Positions 16,301 through 25,100 of a stretch of DNA of 58,752 nt are shown piece after piece. Numbering within the stretch: position 1 is the stretch's first letter; each line of letters begins with the position of its first letter. A model generated the notes under the pieces. That model worked only from the letters and a program-made list of their open reading frames with translations. It made no database searches and had not been told where the DNA came from. Origin of the DNA: a virus. Made by a program: the position numbers and the translations under genes. The stretch lies in the IMG/VR virus record IMGVR_UViG_3300045988_036009. One strand, 5' to 3'.

Positions 16301-18350
16301 ATGCAGTTTCCTTAATCGTCAACTGAGTTCGTCCATTAATTCTTGGATATGAGACGGTAATGTACTTCTCAGTACCACCAGACAACTCAAATATAGCTTC
16401 ACCATTAGTTGGAACCAAGTCCACACCATCCACAGTCACTTTGTCAGTAGCCGGGTCAAATGGTTCTAGCTTGATTTTAGAGTTCATACCTGTAGTATTC
16501 TTAACAAAGAATGACCAAGTATATGGTATACTGTAATTCTTGGACTCAAATGGCATCCAGAAAATATTTGAGTTCGGAGATGTCGAAATTTCATCAATTA
16601 ATAAATTTCGAGCACCAAGTAGTTGACCATTCTGCATTCCTCCGCCGCCTTGAACGACATTCCAAAGTAGACCGCCACCAGCATTCATCTCTAATGTACC
16701 GTCAAGTAAGTTGGGATTCCCTGGTTTGATTCGTTCTAGTTGAGAAGCTAGCTGATCCTTAATATCTCCGACCTTGACATTAATATCATCGTCGATTTTC
16801 TTAAGTTTCTCATCAAGCTCATTCTGAATCGGGGTAAGATCTGGTCTCCATCGCTTCTCAGCATCAGCAAGAGCAGCATTAACAGTAGCTTGCACATTGG
16901 CATTAATATCCTGTTTAGCTGAGTTAATAGCGTCATTAACTTTGTCAGTAACCTTCTGTCCGAAATTAGCGTCAATGACAAGAACCCATTGTTCTCCGTC
17001 GAAACGCCACATCTCAACTTCACCCTCACCACCAACAGGTTTAAACCACAAATCGTCTTTGGATACTTTCTCACGAGGAGGTTCCTCAGGACCATAGAAG
17101 TTTTTGTTTTTATTATTGGCGCTGGTTAGGATTGTATGGATTAATCCGTCCTTCTCCCCATAGATAGCATTGTTGACAATCTTGTTTGTCAAGTCTTGCC
17201 ATTGGGCTTTCTGTTGATCGGCCAAGCTAGCTCGACCAGAACCACTTGAACTTGCCTCGATTTTGATGATTCGCTCACGAAGAGCGTCATACACAATCTT
17301 ACGGACTTTGACAGTAACGTCGCAGTCAATCTTAGGCACATAGACATCAACAGTATCACAAAGTTGGATCTTCTCCAAAGCTTGAATGATTCGACGATCC
17401 CATTCGGTAGAGTCTTGGAGTGGAATCATCTCAACTTCAACACTCAAATCTGGTTTATCAGCATCTTTGTTCTTAGATGTGAAATATGATTGTGCTTTAG
17501 CTGTAACTTGAGCTGGTGTAGGAGCTTTCTTTTTGGCTTCTTCACCCTCTTTATGGGTAGAAGAGTCGTTGAACTCCGAGCTCAAATCAAGAGGCACAAT
17601 ACGTTTGACGAAATAATCGTCATAGTGTGGCGACTTGATAATATCCCCGTAGATTACTTGTTCTGGTTCATTCTCACCTTCAGGAGTGAATGTTACATAC
17701 GGTAAAATACGAGTGAATTTACCAGCCATAGATGATTTGACTTTCACATTCTTGAGGTTCTTACGAGGTCTGATCGTTGTAACATGATCTTTCCCACGTT
17801 TGGAATATAAGAAAATCGTATTGTTAGTACGTTTAATTTCTCCACCCCAAGTGTCAATAAATGATCCTTCTTCTCCGGCAATAGCATTCAACACATTACG
17901 GATATCCATGTTTGTGTCTTTTGCTGTTTGAATATCGGAGATGAAATTGTATTCAATTGGATCGACTGCAACACGTTTGAGTTGTTCCCAAGCAGCAGAC
18001 GGTGTAGCAGATTTAATAGATAAAGGCTTGATAATATTACCAGACAATTCATCGGTCTTAGTAACGGCCTTTACAGTGATTTGATTTGAATCAACCTCTT
18101 TCTCAACTTCGTAAATACGAAATGCGTGAGGTTCATCATAGTCATTTGGCTTAACCAAAATATAACGGTTTTGAGTGAGCGCGCTGGCCCACTCTCCACC
18201 GACAGGATATTTTAGTTCAAGCTCAAATTCTGCATTACGAACTTCAGTGACTTCAGCAGATATAGTATCGTGCAAGATACCCATACCATTAGTATCGAAG
18301 ACCCGTTCGTTCTGTTCATATAAAATTGGTCTCAAACTAATACCCTCCAA
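13320..18350 (-). CDS. Tail-associated lysin-like protein (Tal) / baseplate hub with long C-terminal extension
   Basis: 1676 aa. The N-terminus ...NGMGILHDTISAEVTEVRNAEFELELKYP...HAFRIYEVEK is typical of the siphovirus Tal / prophage-tail N-terminal domain. It follows Dit. TTG start overlapping the Dit end. Confidence 0.75.
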   Translation of the reverse strand: MEGISLRPILYEQNERVFDTNGMGILHDTISAEVTEVRNAEFELELKYPVGGEWASALTQNRYILVKPNDYDEPHAFRIYEVEKEVDSNQITVKAVTKTDELSGNIIKPLSIKSATPSAAWEQLKRVAVDPIEYNFISDIQTAKDTNMDIRNVLNAIAGEEGSFIDTWGGEIKRTNNTIFLYSKRGKDHVTTIRPRKNLKNVKVKSSMAGKFTRILPYVTFTPEGENEPEQVIYGDIIKSPHYDDYFVKRIVPLDLSSEFNDSSTHKEGEEAKKKAPTPAQVTAKAQSYFTSKNKDADKPDLSVEVEMIPLQDSTEWDRRIIQALEKIQLCDTVDVYVPKIDCDVTVKVRKIVYDALRERIIKIEASSSGSGRASLADQQKAQWQDLTNKIVNNAIYGEKDGLIHTILTSANNKNKNFYGPEEPPREKVSKDDLWFKPVGGEGEVEMWRFDGEQWVLVIDANFGQKVTDKVNDAINSAKQDINANVQATVNAALADAEKRWRPDLTPIQNELDEKLKKIDDDINVKVGDIKDQLASQLERIKPGNPNLLDGTLEMNAGGGLLWNVVQGGGGMQNGQLLGARNLLIDEISTSPNSNIFWMPFESKNYSIPYTWSFFVKNTTGMNSKIKLEPFDPATDKVTVDGVDLVPTNGEAIFELSGGTEKYITVSYPRINGRTQLTIKETAYIDGANIYTYKWKVEEGNKATGWVPSAADGEQKWKNYKSTVDGDLASMKRRITDTEGRVTTNSTEIQHLNTGLAAKADQETVNHLDGEIESAKAELNLVPNKISTAISQYKSTVDGEISKMSTSIDQKANEIKIAAQNLEKKVDGNATSTAAELKVIKDSISAKVSRTDLDTVSGKVTAVETSLNARIDGIQTSVNSVTRDVDGRISSAVSSAIEQAKDNIMISVASVRESINDVKYNALPSATSEAKSYTDTKFNLVDGKIQTQINTRLTDYARTSDLATRVTQEAGRIKTELSSVIDQKIPKKYGSRNLLAKTKTEINFNGPIKNAQGNNAWDVINGYWFIDKKTLKALGYKVGDRLNVQYKVRTTTPGITSMRVSCEVYNPTSYIQWIVGHETRFGLPSEYKKDNWDISTSNEYKTKVGWFDITEKTLNEGAQIRFRIDIGGKPAGTNVAVDIKDAMMWDGDLWTDYAPAYEDIDLESSEKFQEVLQTVDIYKRTLGTTQNGITTSISQLIQSSDEIKTVITNASQSTDNLIVDTDTFLSAKLSGFTNGVDGYTISARPGNYGSAEYFYFSKGSYDGTYSNNSAFVSLPLVIDKMEDGDKYTFYCKYHMDATGVYRGNKDMNVELQIIDNNGTPVYTKRLTAQPGYQYQTYTKDTFDVVGQHIFDNVNGYNGRFSFRIKLTGEGRFGIKEIMLVRGETVGRYKPSGGVSSTVISQKNDAWALTLSGPKDVITAINADRSGLRLKGKSIVLDGDVIANGTAFIKESWIEDLNASKITSGQINAANVDVINLNANNIVSGTMSASHIRGGILSSLNGDVKFDLNGSKLNFFNGGSIQFYNDSNTIFRQTPDKIHTAFMHFDELRSGQFKGSLYAGFGITSSGDGINSQSSGRFAGIRCFRQSARGASHDAKIDQIEVYGDRMVFTDSFTSARGLIIRPTAFGTYYDLYGILKGLCELWVHWRNGMTPAMLSKKNNASVNASISQGVAQLGGL

Positions 18351-19123
18351 TTAGGAGTTAGAGTTATTGTAGCTGGAGCAGTGCCCTTAGTGGCTGTGAA
18401 ATATACCCGGTTAGTCCGGAGATCATTTCCTGGCTCAAGTTTAAAGAACTCTTTCCCCACAGTATTGTTGTTTTTGTTTGTGATCGTGGATCCTGACTTA
18501 GAATATACAATGTATCGAGTACTATCAATGATGATTGTCTCATTTTGCATGTCCTTAATTGTCATAGCAGTGGATCCAATAGAAATTTTCAAGTTACCCG
18601 TAACACCAGAGAACTGTATTGTTGGTCTGGAGAAATATAGATTTGGATTATCAATCACTTCACCCGAAGTAACAACTCGAGGTTGATTGTCCACATTATA
18701 TTTAAACGGTTGACATTTTAGTTTCACTTTGAATGAAATACATCCTTGATAGAAGTATTTGTTTTCATAAGTGATTTCGGTCATGATAACTTTGTAAATA
18801 TGACTTTGATCAAAATATGGAATGAAGTCAATCCAGTTACCAACCCCATTGTTAAATAGAAAATTGATTCTATTACGGGCTAGTGAAATATCTCGATCTG
18901 AGTCATTATGACTTCGTCCGTCATAGAAACAGCTTAGCTCGAATTCGGTTGGCTCATAACCTTCATCGTCAAAAGCCAACTCTCCTTCGTAGCCATTTGG
19001 TGACTCGAAAGTCACACGTCGTTTAGGTGTTTCTATATCTGGGCGATCTTGGATAAATACATGATAATCTTCAGACTTGTATCCGTTGATCATGAAATAT
19101 CCAGGTTTTAAAGGCATCACCAT
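18332..19123 (-). CDS. Distal tail protein (Dit)
   Basis: 263 aa. The N-terminus ...FMINGYKSEDYHVFIQDRPDIETPKRRVTFESPNGYEGEL and its position between TMP and Tal fit the siphovirus tail-component family. Confidence 0.7.
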   Translation of the reverse strand: MVMPLKPGYFMINGYKSEDYHVFIQDRPDIETPKRRVTFESPNGYEGELAFDDEGYEPTEFELSCFYDGRSHNDSDRDISLARNRINFLFNNGVGNWIDFIPYFDQSHIYKVIMTEITYENKYFYQGCISFKVKLKCQPFKYNVDNQPRVVTSGEVIDNPNLYFSRPTIQFSGVTGNLKISIGSTAMTIKDMQNETIIIDSTRYIVYSKSGSTITNKNNNTVGKEFFKLEPGNDLRTNRVYFTATKGTAPATITLTPNWRVLV

Positions 19124-22100
19124 AATACTTCTTCACCTTTCCCTCGACGAGCTTGGTCGTCAAAGTCTTTAATATGTTGTTGGATTTCTCTAGCGAGTTG
19201 TTTACCATCAACAGGTTTACCACCATTATCCACTTTAACAGTAATAGAGTATTCTTTATTAGAGTTATCGTAGACATTAGTGTTGTTAGAATGTAATGAT
19301 CCAGGCGCTCCAGGATAAGCTGGGCGAGGAACATTAGTTGGGTCGACATTTAGTCCACTTAAAATGTTGCCATTTTGAAGTTTGTCTAGATTGGTTGTAT
19401 CGACTACAGGAGTGATTGTTGGACGGTAATCCATGTCTGCAAGAGAGTCATCGAGTAGCGTTCCAACAGTGTTCACAGCATCAGCTACAGCAGAAGCCAT
19501 ACCATTTGCGTGATCGACAGCAAGAGATGTGACATCGGAGAAGCCATTAGCAAAGGTTTTGCCCATTTGCTTAACGGTTCTAGGCATTTCTTTCGCAATA
19601 CCCATAGCCACCCCTTGAGGGATATACTTACCGACGTTGGCAGCAAATAACCGTGATGGTGATTTGATCTTGGCCTTAGCTCGAGCAGCACGTTCCGCTT
19701 GTGCGACAATCTCATTAGTTGCAGCGATAACAGAACCTAAGTGAGCTCTAATACCGGCAGCAACCCCTTGAGAAATCATCGAACCGACATATACACCACC
19801 AGCATGAGCTATACCAGCAGCAGATCTAACTCCATTTGCGGCTTGCATCATACCAGTCAAGATTGTGACATTAAGCAACGCCATAGCCATACGCATAGCA
19901 GATACCATTTGATTTCCAAGTTGGAACATGGTAGCTTGCATCATAGCGCTTGAGCTACGGATTTGGTTTGCCATTTGCATCATGGCAGTCATGATTGTCA
20001 TCTGCATGGTCATAAATGCCATTTGCATAGATACTCTCATCATGTTTAGAGACATGTTCATTTGAGCATTAATTTGTGACATTGATAAAGACATTGCTTG
20101 AGCAATTCTAGCCATAGATGATGTCATTGCTTGAGCTGCTTGGTTCATGGAGTTTTGGATAGACTGAACAATACCAAGCATACCCATAGTAACCGTTGTA
20201 CGAACCAATGCCATAGATGTGGATGCGCTAACGCCCATCATAGCAAATCCTCTAGCCATACCAGCAGCGGCTTGAGCCATACCTGTAGAAATAACAGTTG
20301 ATACTGATGCTATATTTGTACGAATAGCATTAACAACACTAATCATACCCATATTTACAGCCATAACCACAGATGTCATACTAGTTGCAGCAGACATTCC
20401 CATCATAGCAAAGCCTTGTTGCAATGCGGCACGAGCTTGGTTCATACCGTTATTAACAGCATTAACAACCAAAGTCATAGCCATAGTCATTGCAGTACCT
20501 AACACCGCAAATGATGTTGTAGATCCAGCGGCACTAGCACTAAATTGTGCAAGAGCAGTTTTCGCTTGGTTCATAGCATTGCCGAACGCGGTTGTACCAG
20601 TAGAAATAGATGTAAACGCAGTACTTAGATTTGCAACAGCAGATCCAGTTGTCGTAAATATCATTCCTAATGAAGACATTGAAGCGGCCAATGCTGTAAT
20701 ACGAGCAATAAACTGAGTTAATGTGTTGGCAACTTTCTCGAGACCTGCAGCCAATAATACGATACCAGGAGAAGCACCCATTGATGCTTGACTAATACCG
20801 GATAATGCACTAGCTACGCCCTTAATATTGCTTGCCATACCGCTAGCGGAGGATTTAATCTTCTCAGATGAAGATGCAAATTTCTCTAATGCAGAGGCAG
20901 CACTTGGCGCAGCACTTGAGGCAGTCTTAAGAGCCGAAGCAATATCTTTAATTGCTCCACCAGATCCCTTACGAGTACTCATCTTGTACATGACAGTATC
21001 AAGTTTGTCTAAGTCCTCACGGAATCCGTTCAAGTTACCAGTATATGATGCACCACCCAAGAGGGCGACCGCACCAGATACAGCGGTAATCGCAGCCGCA
21101 GCTTGGAATCCATGATCGGCAATAGGTTTCATACCTTTACCCATCAACTCGATACCTTTACCTACGTCTTTGAATGCTTTACCGACAGCTTCGATAATTC
21201 CTTTAATAGCATTACCAACAGAATCTACGATTTTGGCAACACCATTCATTACGTGCTCGATACCTTTACCGAATCCTTCAGCAAATTTACCAGCACCTTC
21301 GAATGCTTTACCTACTCCCTCAAGAGCAGATTTAATAGCTCCACCGATAGATTGAACTACCGATGCTACACCTTGAAGTGCAGATTGAATACCTTGTCCG
21401 ATACCTTGAGCAGCAGCTCCAATTCCTTCGAATGCTGCTTTAATTGCTCCACCAATCGATTGAACTACAGAAGCCACCCCTTGCAGCGCAGCTTGAATAC
21501 CTTGTCCAATACCGACGAATACGTTCTTGAGTGCTTCACCAACTGATCGAATAACATTAGCAAATCCATTAATTGCTCCGACAATACCTTGCATTACCGA
21601 GTTAACGATAGATGCAATACTCAAGAATATAACTTGAATAGTTTGTCCAAGAGTTTGAACAATAGTTACAAATCCTTCAATTGCAGCTCTGATCGTATCG
21701 ACCACAGCAATAATAACATCGGCAATGGATCTAATAATAGATCCAAGATTTTCCACAATAGCAATAACAGTATCAGCAATTGCTTGTACAACATTTGATA
21801 CTTCTTGAATTAACGTCTTGATAGCGTCAATTAAAGGTACTAAAATAGGTGCTAATGCTTGTGCAATACGCTCAATAACTTGTAGAATTACTTCGATAAT
21901 CGGTTCCATTATATGAAGAATTCCCTCAATAATAGGACCAACAAGCTCTTGAAGAACTTTCAAGATTATCTCTGAAATAACACTAAGTAATTGTGTCAAT
22001 GCAGGGATAAGACGATCTTTAACACCAATCAAAGCTTTACCAAATTCTTCAACGAATTTAGTAGCCATTTCCACAGCAGTCTGTACTAAAATACCCATAT

Positions 22101-25100
22101 TATCAATGATACCTTTTGAGAATTCAACTATAACTTGAACTCCGGAATCGACTAATTTATGAGCATTTTGTGCTAGACCATCTAACAATGCGATAATCAT
22201 TTGTACTGTGGCAGCGATTATTCGAGGAATACCTTGAGCCAAACCTTCTACAAATTGAACGATCAACTCAATACCGGCTTTCATCAACCTAGGACCGGCT
22301 TGGACAAGTGATTCGACAAATACAAGTAGCCCTTGGACAATGTTTGCAAATGCCGCAGGAGCGGTTTCTGCCAAATTCTTAATTGCCATACTGAATGCCA
22401 AGAATCCGATACCAGCAATAGCGATTGATGATGCGGCCATAATTGAGGACGCACCGAATGACAGTAACGTCTTAGACAATATAGCCATACCTCTAGCGGT
22501 ACCTTGAGCTAATTTAGCGGCACCGATCAAGAGAATCAAGTGACCCGCCAATGCACCCAAACTGATACCCACAGCAATCAAGTTAAGAGATGCTAATAAT
22601 GCAATTGGAACTGCTAATGCCATCAGAGCAACAGATAGAATAAGTAATTTACCGGCATCACCGACGCTTACTTTTTCTAGACTCTTAGACATAATTACCA
22701 ATCCACCCATCGCAGCACCCATAGCCACTGTAGCAGCTAGGATACTTTGCCATGGATAGTTAGCAACTTTGGATAAGGCATTACCTATTGTGTTAACGGC
22801 ATTTGATAATGCGATGATCGCAGCAATATCTCCAGCACTAGCATCGACTTTAGTCATTACTTTGGAAATATAAACGAATCCCGCTAATACAACACCAATA
22901 GCCACAGTAGCGACCGTTAGACTTTGCCATGGCACTTTAGCTACCTTCTCCAAAGCATTACCAATGGATCCGAGCAATCTTGAGAATTGTTCAAATATAG
23001 CGGCAGTGGCCAAAGTTTGTTGGATACTACCAGACATTCCACTAACTTGTTTAGCGGCAAATCCTAAGGCCACAATAACTGCACCAACTCCAGCACAGGC
23101 TGCAGCCAAATTCTTCCATGGAATCGTGGACAGTTTCTGAATGGTTTTACCAATAGAGTATATTGCTAAGGTAAACGCCATCAGAGCGAACATCGACTTG
23201 TAATTAATTTTAATGGATTTCAATAAGTGAGCTACACCTATCAATTCAGCCATAATGGTTGTGATTGTGCCGAGTGCTAATAACACACCGTCCAGACTTA
23301 AAGTAGATAATCCTTCCACAGTCTTACCTAAGATAAATACTGAACCAGCAAATGCAATCATACTGAAAATAGATTTGGAATCTGTTTTTATGCCTTGTAG
23401 AGCGTTCATCACAATAAGCATTTCGCTTAGTAATATACTTATTGTACCGATTGCTAGTAATAACTCATCCCACTTGAATTTAGCCAACTTCTCAACAGAT
23501 AATGCTAAAATATAAACTGATCCAGCAAATGCTATCATAGACATTATCATTTTGTTTTCGAATTTGACGTTACCCATACGTTTCATCGAATGGGTCATAA
23601 CTTCCATCAGACCGCCAACGGAAGCTACTGCAGGAATCATTGTATCAATTGGTAACTTAGCTAATTTCTGAACAGCCAATACGAGGATTCGCACAGATAT
23701 AGCGAAACCAATCATTGACGCCAGAGTTCTACCACCAACAACTGTGCCATTAAGCTGTTTCATACAAAGAACTAAAGCTTCCATTAAGGCAGCAGTTCCT
23801 AGCAATCCTTGTATTGCTGCTTCTGGTTGTAATTTAGCAATTGCTTTGACAGACATTACTAAAATACGTAAAGATATAGCAAAACCAATCATTGAGGCTA
23901 ATGTACGTCCACCTACAACAGTTCCGTTGAGTTGTTTCATACATTGAACTAAGGCTTCCATTAAAGCCACCGTTCCTAATAATCCTTGAAGAGCTGATTC
24001 TGGTTGGAGTTTGGCAATAGCCTTAATAGACATTACTAAAATACGAAGAGAGATCGCGAAACCGATCATAGATGCCATTGTTCGTCCTCCAACAACAACG
24101 CCATTCATTTTCTTCATACATCTAGCAAGCTCTTCCATCAATGCTCCAGCTCCGACCATACCAATAACGGCACCCTCAGGATCTAGTTTAGCGATTGCGG
24201 AAACAGAGCTTACAATTATTCGCAATGCAATAGCAAAGCCAATCATTGCTGTGGCTCCGCCTTTATTGTAGCTTACTTTATCCAGTTCTTTCATGCTATC
24301 AGTCATTGTTCGCATCAAAGCACGAACTCCGACCATAGCGACACCGATCTCAGCTACACCCATGCCTTTTAGTTTGGCAAGGGCGCCCACAATAATACGC
24401 ATCGCAAATGCGAAGGCAATCATCTTGGTAATACCGGCTTTAGATGTTTTCTCAACCTCAGAAAGTCGTTTCATAGACTTAACTAGACCGTTCATGACGA
24501 ATCGAATACCAGCGACAGCAGTTACCATGCTATCCATATCCATACCTTCGAGCTTCTTGAGAGCTCCAGCAAGAATACGAATTGCAATAGCTATACCGAT
24601 TAGAGTGAACCCAGCACCTTTAGGAATTCCGTCAATCGCACCAAGTGTCTTGACTATCTTCATCATTCCGGCCATAGCTGCGCCCATAGCAATCATTGCT
24701 TTAGATAGATCTTTCATATCGATCTTAGACAATTTGTCTAACGATACGGCAAGCATCAAGCAGGCTACAGAAATACCAATAAGGAGACCGACTTTAATAC
24801 CTTTAGAAAAGTCGTTTAGAGCTCCTTTGAAATCATCTAATACCTTCTTAACGAGAGGTACAGACTCTTTACCTTTATCGAGGAATTTGTCAAACATTCC
24901 TTCAAAGCGGTCTAAGAATTTAGTAACTAGAGAGTTATCTCCAGATTTGAATTTAAGCCACTTATCAAATGCAAATAATCCAATTAAGGCTTGAATAATA
25001 TCTGCTCCATGGAATGACTTGAAAATATCTTTCAATAAGTCATAACCCTGTTTCGCCATGTTAGCGATACCAGAGAATACTGATTTGATAGTTCCACCAA

